Under the pieces are notes generated by a model. That model was not told the DNA's origin and searched no databases. It saw only the letters and a list, made by a program, of their open reading frames with translations. A stretch of 55,661 nt of DNA, from positions 1-55,661 of the forward strand of contig CAMFLH010000001.1 of NCBI GenBank assembly GCA_945957295.1. Direction: 5' to 3'. The stretch comes from an uncultured Uliginosibacterium sp. Lineage in GTDB: Bacteria > Pseudomonadota > Gammaproteobacteria > Burkholderiales > Rhodocyclaceae. Below are positions 19,676 to 29,766 of the stretch, one piece after another. The position numbers and the translations under genes were made by a program. Position 1 is the first letter of the stretch. Every line of letters starts with the position of its first letter.

Positions 19676-20161
19676 TCACTCGCGGAAATTGCCGAACTGC
19701 AAAGGGAAGTCAGTGACCGACTTCTTCAGCATGGCAATTGTTTCCTGCAGCACATCGCGCTTGGCGCCGCTGACTCGCACGGTATCGCCCTGGATGCTGC
19801 CCTGCACCTTGAGTTTGCTGTCTTTGATCAGCCGAACGATCCGCTTGGCGAGCTCCGAGTCGATACCAGCCTTCACCGTGACCGCGCGCTTAACCTTGTT
19901 GCCACTGACTTTCTCGATCTCGCCCTCGTCCATGCAACGCACATCGACACCGCGCTTGGCGAATTTGCCGACCACGATGTCCCACACCTGCGAGAGCTGG
20001 AAATCGTTATCGGCGAACAACGTCATCGCCTTGTCGTTCAGCTCGATGCGGGCGTCCGAGCCCTTGAAATCGAAGCGGTTCGTAATTTCCTTGTTGGCCT
20101 GGTCGATTGCGTTGCGCACCTCAACCCAGTTGACCTCGTTCATGACGTCGAAGGACGGCAT
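19676..20161 (-). CDS. yajQ: YajQ-family nucleotide/c-di-GMP-binding protein
   Basis: MPSFDV, RFDFKGS, KLKVQ.SIQGD.VRVSG.KRD.LQ, PLQF.NFR. Confidence 0.95.
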   Translation of the reverse strand: MPSFDVMNEVNWVEVRNAIDQANKEITNRFDFKGSDARIELNDKAMTLFADNDFQLSQVWDIVVGKFAKRGVDVRCMDEGEIEKVSGNKVKRAVTVKAGIDSELAKRIVRLIKDSKLKVQGSIQGDTVRVSGAKRDVLQETIAMLKKSVTDFPLQFGNFRE

Positions 20162-20246
20162 ATTCCTGTCGCTCCAAAACACTGCGGGAAAGCCCGGGAT
20201 TATACGGCGCAGCCCTATAATCTGCGTTTTTCTGCCGCTGCCCACA

Positions 20247-21287
20247 ATGTCACCCGCGATCCAGACGGACGTCGATCTTGCCCCGCTCACAACGCTTGGC
20301 GTGCCGGCTCATGCGGCGTACTACTGCGCTGCTGGGTCCGAAGACGAGATCCGCAGTGCCCTCGCTTGGGCGCGCACACGCGATCTGCAAGTGCTGGTGC
20401 TCGGCGGCGGCAGCAACATGGTGTTCGTCAGCGACTTTGCGGGGTTGGTGCTGCAACCCATGCTGAGAGGACGATCGCTGATCGGTGAAACTGACGCGCA
20501 CTACCTGGTGCGGGTGGGTGCTGGCGAGCGCTGGCACGACACGGTCGAGTGGACGCTGGCACAAGGCTGGCCCGGGCTGGAAAATCTCGCGCTGATCCCA
20601 GGCAATGTCGGTGCTGCGCCGATCCAGAACATCGGGGCCTACGGGCTTGAGCTCACCGATCGCTTTCACAGCCTCGAAGCGTTTGATCGCAACACCGGCG
20701 AGGTGCAAACGCTAGACCGCGCCGCGTGTCGCTTCGGCTACCGCGACAGCGTCTTCAAGCATCCTGGCGGACGTAACCTGATCGTACTGGCGGTTGTGTT
20801 CGCACTGCCGAAAACCTGGGCGCCGATGACTGGCTACCGTGATCTGACCGAAGAGCTGGGTGCGCGTAGCATTGCTACGCCTTCGCCGCGCGACATCTTC
20901 GATGCCGTGATCGCGGTGAGGCAGCGCAAGCTGCCAGACCCCGCCGTGGTTGGCAACGTCGGCAGCTTCTTCAAGAACCCGGTGGTAGATGCCGCTACGC
21001 ACTCAAGCCTGCAGGCGCGGCACCCCAAGCTCGTCAGCTATCCGCAGGCGGATGGTCGTTACAAGCTCGCAGCCGGTTGGTTGATCGACCAGGCCGGCTG
21101 GAAGGGGCGCGCGCTCGGCCCTGCGCGGGTGCATGCTGCGCAGGCGCTGGTACTGACCAACCCGGGCGACGCTCGCGGCGCAGACATTGTGGCGCTGGCC
21201 CGGGCAATCCAGCACGACGTTCAAGCGCAATTCAATGTGACCCTCGATCCAGAGCCGATCGTAGTCGGCGCATCGGGCGAGCAATGA
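20247..21287 (+). CDS. murB: UDP-N-acetylenolpyruvoylglucosamine reductase
   Basis: [42 protein letters not shown]...GN.GSFFKNP, QALVL.N. Confidence 0.95.
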   Translation: MSPAIQTDVDLAPLTTLGVPAHAAYYCAAGSEDEIRSALAWARTRDLQVLVLGGGSNMVFVSDFAGLVLQPMLRGRSLIGETDAHYLVRVGAGERWHDTVEWTLAQGWPGLENLALIPGNVGAAPIQNIGAYGLELTDRFHSLEAFDRNTGEVQTLDRAACRFGYRDSVFKHPGGRNLIVLAVVFALPKTWAPMTGYRDLTEELGARSIATPSPRDIFDAVIAVRQRKLPDPAVVGNVGSFFKNPVVDAATHSSLQARHPKLVSYPQADGRYKLAAGWLIDQAGWKGRALGPARVHAAQALVLTNPGDARGADIVALARAIQHDVQAQFNVTLDPEPIVVGASGEQ

Positions 21288-23341
21288 CCAGGCTGGGCGC
21301 TGCAAACACGTTCCTGCTCGTAGTGCGTCGCGCCCTGCCCGCCATATTCGCTGGCATTGTGCTGCTGGCATTTGCCATGCCGGCCAAAGCCGAAGCGCCC
21401 ACACTGGATGCGTTGACGCGCATCGAGATCCTCGCCAACGACCATCCGGATCGCGCCCTGCAGCAACTGCGCGCGCTTGAACGCGAGGCGCGCAAGGCGC
21501 CGCTGACGACGCGCGCAGCCTTTCTCAGCGTACTCGGCTACACGCAAGCGCTAGCTGGCGACGCCGACGCGGCACAACGCACGAGCAGCGAACTGGAGGC
21601 GCTCGCGGGCGGCAATCGCGAGATTGCCGCCGAAGCGATGCTGGTGCGCGCCAACGCGTTGTTTGTGCGTGGCTCGCTGGATACCGCTGCCGCCTCTGCA
21701 AAAAGCGCGCTGGAGAGTTTCGACGCCCACTCGCCCGCGCGACTGCGCTACTGGGCCCGCCATGTTCTCGGCTCAATCCTGTTCGAGCAGGCGCGCTACG
21801 ATCAGGCGCTCACTCATCTACAGGAAGCGGCGCGTCTTGCGGACGACAATGGCTGGGCGCGCCGCCGCGGCATGGTGCTCAACAGCCTGGCGACCCTCTA
21901 CCTGAACCTGCGCCAGTACGACAACGCATTGCGCACGGTGGGCGAAGCCTGCGATATCGCGCGTCGCAACAACGATTCCGCCGCCCTCGCGAACTACAAG
22001 CTCACCGAGGCCAACATCCACAGCGCCACGGATACGCGGCCAGCTCAGCATGCGGCGCTGACCGAATCCCTCGCGCTGGCGCACAGCGTCGGGGCGCGGG
22101 CGGTCGAGTCCGCAGCCCTGATCAACCTCTCCGACTACTACCTCAGCACCGGCAACTACGCTGCGGCAATCGAACATGCCGAACAGGCAACACCGATTGC
22201 GCGTGACTTTCAGGACTGGTCGGGAGAAGCCACGATCCAGACCAACATCGGCCTCGCCCGGATTCTGAGTGGCAACACGGATCTCGGGAAACCCTTGATC
22301 GAATTGGCGCTGGCGACCTACAAGCGCCACGGTGCCCGCAACGACGAGGTGGCAGTCCTGCGGGAATACGGCGACGCGCTGCGCAAGACCGGCCAGAGTG
22401 CGGCCGCGCTCGATACGCTGCTGCGGGAGCGGGCGTTGTCCGAGGAGTTGCTGCAATCGGAAAAGCAACGCGTGGTACTGGAATTGCAGGCGCGCTATGA
22501 AGCGGACAAACGCGAACGTGAAATCACCCTGCTGAACCGCGAAAACGCATTGAAAGACGCTCAGATCGAAAACCATCGGCTCGCGCGCCGCGTCTGGTGG
22601 CTGCTGCTGGTGGTTTCGGCTCTCGCTGCGTTAATCGTTGGCCTGCTTTACCGGCGCGTACGCTCGACCAACCGGCAACTAGAGGAGCGCAACGAGGAAC
22701 TGGCGATCCAGAGCAGCCGCGATCCGCTGACGGGCCTCTACAACCGACGCTACTTCCAGCAGCGCATGGCCCAGTTCGACGCGAACCCCGCACCATTGGC
22801 CGCCAACACCGTCCGCGCCACATACCTGATCGATATTGATCACTTCAAGCGGATCAACGACCGGCGCGGCCACCCTGCTGGCGATGCGGTACTGATCGCG
22901 GTCGCTGAACGGCTGCGCGAGGCGCTGCGCGAAGCCGACATGATCGTGCGCTGGGGCGGCGAGGAGTTTCTGATCTTTGTGCCGCGCATCCGCCCGGAAC
23001 AGATGTCTGAACTCGCCCAGCGCATCATCAACGCGATCTCGGAAAATCCTGTGGCCTACAACGGCGACCTGATCCCGGTAACCGCCTCGATTGGCTACGC
23101 GCCGTTCCCGCTACCGCCTGCAGGCATCCGTCTGCCGTGGGAACGTGAGATCAATCTGATCGACATGGCGCTCTATCTTGCCAAGGCGCATGGCCGCAGC
23201 CGCGCCTACGGCGTGGCCCGACTGCTCACCGATGGCGACGGTGGCATCGAGCGCGTCGAAACTGATCTCGAACAGGCCTGGACAAGCGGGCTCGTCGAAC
23301 TCGCGATCATCGAGGGGCCACCGCCCAGTCCCGTCGATTGA
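21284..23341 (+). CDS. Diguanylate cyclase with signal peptide, periplasmic TPR region, one TM and GGDEF domain
   Basis: DPLTGLYNRR, DIDHFKRIND..GH.AGD, READ I-site and RWGGEEF; TM VWWLLLVVSALAALIVGLLY. ATGA overlap with the murB stop. Confidence 0.9.
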   Translation: MTRLGAANTFLLVVRRALPAIFAGIVLLAFAMPAKAEAPTLDALTRIEILANDHPDRALQQLRALEREARKAPLTTRAAFLSVLGYTQALAGDADAAQRTSSELEALAGGNREIAAEAMLVRANALFVRGSLDTAAASAKSALESFDAHSPARLRYWARHVLGSILFEQARYDQALTHLQEAARLADDNGWARRRGMVLNSLATLYLNLRQYDNALRTVGEACDIARRNNDSAALANYKLTEANIHSATDTRPAQHAALTESLALAHSVGARAVESAALINLSDYYLSTGNYAAAIEHAEQATPIARDFQDWSGEATIQTNIGLARILSGNTDLGKPLIELALATYKRHGARNDEVAVLREYGDALRKTGQSAAALDTLLRERALSEELLQSEKQRVVLELQARYEADKREREITLLNRENALKDAQIENHRLARRVWWLLLVVSALAALIVGLLYRRVRSTNRQLEERNEELAIQSSRDPLTGLYNRRYFQQRMAQFDANPAPLAANTVRATYLIDIDHFKRINDRRGHPAGDAVLIAVAERLREALREADMIVRWGGEEFLIFVPRIRPEQMSELAQRIINAISENPVAYNGDLIPVTASIGYAPFPLPPAGIRLPWEREINLIDMALYLAKAHGRSRAYGVARLLTDGDGGIERVETDLEQAWTSGLVELAIIEGPPPSPVD

Positions 23342-23433
23342 GACGCGAGAGCACAAGGTCGTCTTACGCCGAACAGGAGCGCGGCGGCGCACGAGGTGGA
23401 GCCCGCCCACAGCATGAAAACGGCGCCAAAGAA

Positions 23434-23460
23434 TTAAGTTTCAGATGCCGGCGCCGCTAA
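23434..23460 (+). promoter_or_regulatory. Putative sigma-28 (FliA) promoter
   Basis: TTAA(GTTT)-N15 spacing-GCCGCTAA upstream of the second cyclase. Confidence 0.6.
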
Positions 23461-23500
23461 CGTGAACATCTGCGGATAAGCCGCGTTCGTGAGCGATCCC

Positions 23501-25519
23501 ATGCCGGGAGCCCAGATTCGCCAGCCGATGTTCAGCCGCCTGCGCGACCTGATCGCAGCGCTGGTAATACTGTTGCCCACCTTCGCCACCAGCGCGGTGG
23601 AATTGGACGCGGCCGCTGCAGCCCGCATCGATGCGGTCGACGCGCTAGCGCGGAGCACACCGTCTGGCGCAATCGCGAGCATCGACACGCTTCTCAAATC
23701 CGAACGAGATGGTGGCGCCCGTATCACCTTGCTGACGATGCGGGGCGTCTACCAGACCAGCGCCAATCAACCTGACGCAGCGCTCGCCACCGCTGCAACA
23801 CTTGATTCGCTGGCCACCCAGGACGCCAAGACGGCAGCACTGATCGTTCGGGCGAACGCGGTGCGTCTGAAAGGCGACCTGAGCCGGGCCCTGGAACTGG
23901 CAGACCAGGCGCGTGCCACCCTCAGCGCCAACGGTGACTCGCGCCAGAGCTATCGCCTCGAAATGATGCGCGGCGCGCTGCTGCTTGAGCTGGGCCGCCA
24001 AGCGGACGCGCTCGCGGCCTACCAGAATGCCCTATCCCTGGCCGAGCGCCTGAAAAGCGCCGTACGGCAATTCCGCGCCCTCGACAGTATGGCCACGCTG
24101 TTCGTCGATGCGGGCGAGATCGACAAGGCCGTCGACGCCAACCACAGAGCAAACCAGTATGTGCAGACGATTACCGAACCTGCGATTCTCGCCCAGTCAT
24201 GGGATACACGCGCACGCATCGCCGCGTTCCAACAGGATCGCGATAGCGAGCTGAAAGCGGCCAGATCGGCGTTGGAATATGCGCGGAAGGCAGGAGAGCC
24301 TGAACGCATCGAAACCATGTTGATCAATCTGGGTGACACCTACCTCAAGCTCGGCCGCTATGCCGATGCACTGGAGGTGACCAACGAAGCGGTCAGGATT
24401 GCCCGGCAGATCGATGACCCGCACGGCCTCATCGTTGCGCTGGCGAACGCCGGGCAGGCGCAGATCAGGCTTGGTCGGCTCGAAGAAGGCAGAAAGAACG
24501 TCGAGGAAGCGCTATCGACGGCACTCAAACTCGATTCTCGCGCTCAGTACGCGAGCCTGCTCACCGAGTACGGGGAAGCACTTGAAGCGGCTGGCGACTA
24601 CAAGAACGCCATTAATGCCTACCACCGCGAACGTCGGGCTTCAAAGGCGCTCGCCGAGAACAGTCGCAAGAATGTATTGCTTGAGCTCGACGCGCGTTAT
24701 CAAACCGAACGGAAACAGCGCGAAATCGAACTGTTGAACCGCGACAACGCGCTCAAAAGCGCCCAACTACATAACCGCACATTGCAGCAGCGCGTGTGGC
24801 TGCTGGCCGCGGGGCTATTGACGACGGGCCTGCTCGCGATTGCTCTGCTCTATCGACGGGTACGCGACGCCAACCAGCAGTTATCTGAGAGCAATCGCAT
24901 GCTCAAGGTGCGCAGCGAGCGCGATGCGCTGACCGGTCTCTTCAACCGGCGCTATTTCCAGGAAGCGATGCGCACGCGATCCGCAAGTGGCGGCTTTGTC
25001 GGCGGCCTGATCCTGCTCGATATCGACCACTTCAAGCGGATTAACGACACTCACGGCCATGCCGCCGGCGACGCCGTGATCACTGCCGTCGCGCAGCGTC
25101 TGCAAGACACCATGCGAGAAAGCGATCTGGTTGTGCGCTGGGGCGGCGAAGAATTCCTCATTGCGGTCGGACCGATGCCGGACGAGCAATTTGACCGACT
25201 CGCAGAGCGTCTTCTGCACGCCGTGAGTCGCGAGCCCATTCACTACGGCGAGCAGCAACTGAGCGTCACCATCTCAATCGGTTACGCCAGATTCCCGCTC
25301 GCGCCAGGGCATCTGCCGCTGGAATGGGAGCGCGGCATCAACCAGGTTGATATGGCGCTCTACATCGCCAAGGCACAAGGGCGAAACCGGGCTTGCGGCA
25401 TCCGTGCGGTGACCGCGTCAAATGAAGCGGAACTGGACGAAATCGAGCGCAGCTTCGAAGCAGCCTGGCGCGATGGGCGGGTTGAACTCGGCCTGATCGC
25501 CGGTGCGCCCGCCGCCTGA
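23501..25519 (+). CDS. Second TPR-TM-GGDEF diguanylate cyclase (start uncertain: 23489/23501/23528)
   Basis: DALTGLFNRR, DIDHFKRINDTHGHAAGD, RESD I-site, RWGGEEF; same architecture as the upstream gene. Confidence 0.9.
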   Translation: MPGAQIRQPMFSRLRDLIAALVILLPTFATSAVELDAAAAARIDAVDALARSTPSGAIASIDTLLKSERDGGARITLLTMRGVYQTSANQPDAALATAATLDSLATQDAKTAALIVRANAVRLKGDLSRALELADQARATLSANGDSRQSYRLEMMRGALLLELGRQADALAAYQNALSLAERLKSAVRQFRALDSMATLFVDAGEIDKAVDANHRANQYVQTITEPAILAQSWDTRARIAAFQQDRDSELKAARSALEYARKAGEPERIETMLINLGDTYLKLGRYADALEVTNEAVRIARQIDDPHGLIVALANAGQAQIRLGRLEEGRKNVEEALSTALKLDSRAQYASLLTEYGEALEAAGDYKNAINAYHRERRASKALAENSRKNVLLELDARYQTERKQREIELLNRDNALKSAQLHNRTLQQRVWLLAAGLLTTGLLAIALLYRRVRDANQQLSESNRMLKVRSERDALTGLFNRRYFQEAMRTRSASGGFVGGLILLDIDHFKRINDTHGHAAGDAVITAVAQRLQDTMRESDLVVRWGGEEFLIAVGPMPDEQFDRLAERLLHAVSREPIHYGEQQLSVTISIGYARFPLAPGHLPLEWERGINQVDMALYIAKAQGRNRACGIRAVTASNEAELDEIERSFEAAWRDGRVELGLIAGAPAA

Positions 25520-25529
25520 TGCTTGTCGA

Positions 25530-26066
25530 TTAAGCCAATACCACCGGCAGGATGTGCGTGCTGCGCTCGCCGTCCGACAGCCAGTATTCACCGTCCTGAA
25601 CGCTGCACTGAATCTGCATCGTGCGAACCGCCATTGCCGTGAGCGCCTCGGCCGCATCATCCGGAATCCGCAGCACGGTCAGCGCGGGCAGCTTCAGGCA
25701 AGCAGCACGGTTCTTCTGCCACCACACATCCACTGCACGCCCGCCGTAAGTCAGCAGTGTCACACGCGTCGCGCGGCCACTGGCCTGTCGCAGTCGTCTT
25801 TCGTCCGGCAAACCGACTTCGATCCAGTTCTCGATCGCACCGGTCAGGTCCTTGTGCCAGAGATCAGGCTCGTCGTCGGACGACAGCCCCTTACAGAACG
25901 AGAGCCCCTCGTCGGCGAACATTGCGAACGCGAAAAGGCGGATCATCATCCGCTCGTCCGTTTCCGACGGGTGCCGCGCGAGCGTTAGCGAGTGGCTCGC
26001 GTAGTAGCCGCGATCCATATCCGAAATCTGCAGTTCGGCCTTGAAAATGGTGGATTTCAGCGCCAT
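25530..26066 (-). CDS. yaeQ: YaeQ family protein
   Basis: MALKSTIFKA.L.ISD.DR.YY, ARHPSETDERMM.RL, GLSSDDEPDLW, WIEVG.PDE.R. Confidence 0.93.
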   Translation of the reverse strand: MALKSTIFKAELQISDMDRGYYASHSLTLARHPSETDERMMIRLFAFAMFADEGLSFCKGLSSDDEPDLWHKDLTGAIENWIEVGLPDERRLRQASGRATRVTLLTYGGRAVDVWWQKNRAACLKLPALTVLRIPDDAAEALTAMAVRTMQIQCSVQDGEYWLSDGERSTHILPVVLA

Positions 26067-26071
26067 CGCGT

Positions 26072-26974
26072 TCAGACGATCTGGCGTTCGCCGCCCAACG
26101 CTTCAATCACATGCGGAATGAAACGGGCCAACTCGGCCGACATCAGCGCGAAATCCGCCTCGAACTGCGGATCGCCCTCTGCAGCAGCTTTCTCCGCCTG
26201 CTCCTGAATGATGTCGAGGAAAGCGAGACGCTTGATTTCCATGCGCTCGGTCAGCACGAAGGAAATCCGGTCGTCGAAGGTCAATGCCAGACGCGTCGGC
26301 ACCTTGCCCGAAGCAAGGTGATTCGGAATCTCATCACCTTCGAGCGGATGTCGCACATAGCGCACCGCGGCCTTCTCATCGGTGATCGCGCGCAGTTCGC
26401 AATCGCGATCGATCGTAAAGTTGGCCGGCGCCTCACCCGACGCGAGCCAATCCGACATCGCCGATTGCGGCGAGCGCTCGGTGTCGAGCAACTTCAGCGG
26501 CAGATCATCAAGCGTGTCGTGCAACTGCTCGATCACCTCATCAGCCTTCGCAGAACTCGACGCATCCACGACCAGCCAGCCGTTGATCGGATCGATCCAG
26601 ACGTACGTAGTACGGCGCCGGGTAAAGGCTCGCGGCAGCAACTCCTGCGTTACCGCCTCCTTGATCTCCTTCATCTGCTTGCGCCCAGGCTTGAAGCCCT
26701 GCTGCACCTCAAGCTCCTCGGCCCTATCCTGCGCAACCTGGTTCACCACCGACGAAGGCAACAAGCGCTGCTCGCTACGCAAAGCCAGCAACCACTGCCC
26801 GCCCACCGCCAGCACCATCACATCCGAACCTGTCGGCGACACCCAGCCACGGCTCGCCATATCCTGCGAGCCGCAACGCACAAACGGCTTCGCCGCGAGC
26901 TTGTCTTCAAGCGTAGAAAGATCAATCGCCCACGGTGTGGGCAAGCGGTAAAGCTGGAGATTCTTGAACCACAT
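26072..26974 (-). CDS. rdgC: Recombination-associated protein RdgC
   Basis: MWFKNLQLYRL, GWVSP, LLPRAF, FDDRISFVL, F.ADF.LM..EL. Confidence 0.95.
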   Translation of the reverse strand: MWFKNLQLYRLPTPWAIDLSTLEDKLAAKPFVRCGSQDMASRGWVSPTGSDVMVLAVGGQWLLALRSEQRLLPSSVVNQVAQDRAEELEVQQGFKPGRKQMKEIKEAVTQELLPRAFTRRRTTYVWIDPINGWLVVDASSSAKADEVIEQLHDTLDDLPLKLLDTERSPQSAMSDWLASGEAPANFTIDRDCELRAITDEKAAVRYVRHPLEGDEIPNHLASGKVPTRLALTFDDRISFVLTERMEIKRLAFLDIIQEQAEKAAAEGDPQFEADFALMSAELARFIPHVIEALGGERQIV

Positions 26975-27065
26975 GAAGGGATCCGATAAGCAGTGAGGCG
27001 GGCATTGTAGCCGGTCGAACGGGCAAAAGCGCCGGCCGCCGCCAGTGAGCCAAATCGCCGCAGAA

Positions 27066-27650
27066 TCAGTGACTCACGCCACGCGCGGTAAACACTCGAT
27101 GCACCGTGAGGAAGAGGATCTTCAGGTCGAACCAGAATGACTGACGCTGCAAGTACTCGACGTCGTAAGCAACCTTAGCCGGAATCGCTAGCTCGTCCCT
27201 GCCGTTAACCTGCGCCCAACCAGTGATGCCGGGACGCAGGCGATCGACCCCACCGGCTGCGCGCATTTCATTCAGATCACGCTGATTGAATAACGCAGGT
27301 CTCGGGCCCACTAGGCTCATATCGCCCTTCAGCACACTAAAGAGCTGCGGAAGCTCATCAAGGCTGGTTCTGCGCAGAAACTTCCCGACACGGGTGATGT
27401 GCCGATCCGGATCTCCCAGAAGATGCGTCGCAACAACAGGCGTGTCGGTACGCATCGATCGAAACTTCGGCATCAAGAAAATCGCACCACGCCGTCCAAC
27501 ACGTATTGACCAATACAGAACCGGTCCTCGCGACTCTGCCCGAATCGCAACAGAAATCACCACCATCACCGGGGCGACAAATAGCAAGCCCGCACCAGAG
27601 AAGATGAGGTCTATCAACCGCTTCAACAGCAAGTCGCCAAAGTCATGCAA
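27066..27650 (-). CDS. Monotopic phosphoglycosyl transferase (bacterial sugar transferase), initiating enzyme
   Basis: KR..D, KFRSM, TP.VATHLL.DP, R.TSLDELPQL..VLKGDMSLVGPRP, PGITGWAQVNGR. Exact start uncertain. Confidence 0.9.
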   Translation of the reverse strand: MHDFGDLLLKRLIDLIFSGAGLLFVAPVMVVISVAIRAESRGPVLYWSIRVGRRGAIFLMPKFRSMRTDTPVVATHLLGDPDRHITRVGKFLRRTSLDELPQLFSVLKGDMSLVGPRPALFNQRDLNEMRAAGGVDRLRPGITGWAQVNGRDELAIPAKVAYDVEYLQRQSFWFDLKILFLTVHRVFTARGVSH

Positions 27651-29586
27651 GGGTCTTGGGTTCGCGCACCGCTCGCTGTACGAGCGTTAACGACGGCCGT
27701 ACCGCCGGCTCGTATTCAGGAACCCAACGACGAAGATCCCTTCGAATCTGGTCATCAGAAGGAATGGTCCTCTGGGTCAGCCAAGAAAGAACATCGTCTA
27801 ACCATTCGGTCTCTACCTCGCGGGCACGCGCGACCCTTAGCTTCGGATGGTGCGTCGGCAACGTCTCCTCTTGGGCAGCTAGCAGTTCTTCATACAGCTT
27901 TTCACCAGGGCGCAACCCAGTGTAAACGATTCCAATCTGATCTACGTTAAAACCCGATAGCCGTACCAGATCTCGCGCCAAGTCCGCAATCCGGACCGGC
28001 TCGCCCATATCCATAACGAAGATGTTGTTACCCATACCCATCGCTGCAGACTGCAACACCAATTGAGCGGCCTCAGGAATCGACATAAAGTATCGGGTAA
28101 TCTCAGGATGTGTAACGGTCACCGGACCTCCTCGGGCAATTTGCTCTTGGAATTTCGGAATAACACTACCCGCGCTACCCAACACATTGCCAAAACGTAC
28201 AATCTCAAATTTGGTCGGAGAGTTTGCCTGCATGACTTGGCAAACCATCTCCGCCATGCGCTTACTTGCCCCCATTACATTCGTCGGATTAACGGCCTTA
28301 TCGGTGGAGATAAGCACAAACCGATCAACGCGATTCGCGACGCAAACGGCAGCAAGTTTATAGGTGCCGTAGACGTTATTCCTGATCGCCTGCCAAGCAT
28401 TCCGATCTTCCATAAGAGGCACATGCTTGTAGGCAGCCGCATGAAATACAATAGAGGGGCTATATTGTCGAAAAATCGCCTCAAGCCACATTCCATCTCG
28501 CACGTCGCCGGCTATTGGAACAATCTCCACACTTGGAAACCGCTCACACAATTCGTCATGAATTTTGTACAGCGCGAACTCACTCATTTCGAGCAATATC
28601 ATCTGCGCCGGAACAAACCGGGCCAACTGCCGGCATAGCTCGGAGCCAATTGACCCACCCGCCCCGGTAACCATTACCGAGCGCCCGGCGGCCATTTTCG
28701 CAACTTCGCTATCATCAACTTGGACGGGGGCACGGCCAATCAAGTCATGGAGGTCTATATCGCGAACACGCCCCTCGGTCGCGCTGCCGCGCATCACATC
28801 CTCGATTGACGGCAATGTCATCGTATGCACTCCTGCGCGGAGGCATATCGAAGCGGCCCTCTGGCGAGCCTCCCTTGTCATCGCTGGCATGGCGATGATC
28901 GCATGCTTCAATTTAAGACGTTCCGCCCACGCCGGCAGCTCCTCGATCGCCCCGAAAACCTTTACTCCCGCGATCTCGCGCCCAACCTTATTAGGATCAT
29001 CGTCTAGCAGCCCAGCAACTCGCCACTCCGAGGAGCGAGCCATCTCCGATACAAGATTCGCCCCCGCCCTCCCAGCACCTATTATCACCACCGGCTGCCC
29101 ACGGGCAATCAGATCCCCATAGCGCCGATGCTCCTTCCAAATTCGATATGCGGACCGCGTCCCCCCCATCCACAACATCAGAAAGACCGGGTAGAGAAGA
29201 AATACTGTCCTTGGAACCGTAGGCTGAAACCCGACAAATACACAAACGACCAACGTAATCAACGCGGCAGCGCCAACGGCACGAACAATGCGAACCAAAT
29301 CTGGAAGACTTGCAAAGATCCATATGCCTCGATATAACCCAAGCGCGCGAAACACCACCCCGTGAATAGGCAACGCCACTAGAGACGCAAGACCGCCCGT
29401 CTCCAGAAACTCGCGAGGAACCTGACCGTTGAATCGGAACAGATACGCTGCGGCCCAAGCAAACAACACCGCCACGAGGTCGCCCAAGAACACCGCCACT
29501 TGGCGCCAGTGAGCCGAGAAACCAGATTTCATTCGTAGCGCGATCATTTTCGGCTCAAGCGCGTCAAATACATAGAAGGTGGCCAC
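27643..29586 (-). CDS. Membrane-bound UDP-GlcNAc 4,6-dehydratase (WbpM/PglF/CapD family)
   Basis: Four N-terminal TMs; VTGAGGSIGSELCRQ, HAAAYKHVP, STDKAVNPTNVMGASKR, RFGNVLGS.GSV.P. Confidence 0.92.
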   Translation of the reverse strand: MATFYVFDALEPKMIALRMKSGFSAHWRQVAVFLGDLVAVLFAWAAAYLFRFNGQVPREFLETGGLASLVALPIHGVVFRALGLYRGIWIFASLPDLVRIVRAVGAAALITLVVCVFVGFQPTVPRTVFLLYPVFLMLWMGGTRSAYRIWKEHRRYGDLIARGQPVVIIGAGRAGANLVSEMARSSEWRVAGLLDDDPNKVGREIAGVKVFGAIEELPAWAERLKLKHAIIAMPAMTREARQRAASICLRAGVHTMTLPSIEDVMRGSATEGRVRDIDLHDLIGRAPVQVDDSEVAKMAAGRSVMVTGAGGSIGSELCRQLARFVPAQMILLEMSEFALYKIHDELCERFPSVEIVPIAGDVRDGMWLEAIFRQYSPSIVFHAAAYKHVPLMEDRNAWQAIRNNVYGTYKLAAVCVANRVDRFVLISTDKAVNPTNVMGASKRMAEMVCQVMQANSPTKFEIVRFGNVLGSAGSVIPKFQEQIARGGPVTVTHPEITRYFMSIPEAAQLVLQSAAMGMGNNIFVMDMGEPVRIADLARDLVRLSGFNVDQIGIVYTGLRPGEKLYEELLAAQEETLPTHHPKLRVARAREVETEWLDDVLSWLTQRTIPSDDQIRRDLRRWVPEYEPAVRPSLTLVQRAVREPKTLA

Positions 29587-29766
29587 ACATGAAAAAGGTA
29601 TTTAGACACTGTATCACCCAAAAGCATTCGACCTATTGTGCTGCATAATTGCGCCGCACCGCATCAAACTCAACACAGAGAAGCGATCTACACCCAATCA
29701 GCTACTAAACCACCACCGGAGCAGACCGAAGCAATCTAGTCGGCACCCGACAGCGCCGAGCACGAG

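Noticed and set aside
19689-20246. Long N-terminal extension of the murB ORF
   Set aside because: It is the antisense frame of yajQ; MurB similarity starts at ATG 20247.
302-26989. Many long antisense and alternate-frame ORFs (e.g. 302-1156, 2008-2946, 6699-7814, 12765-13736, 17089-18024, 26111-26989)
   Set aside because: Shadow ORFs of well-supported genes in high-GC DNA, with no protein motifs.
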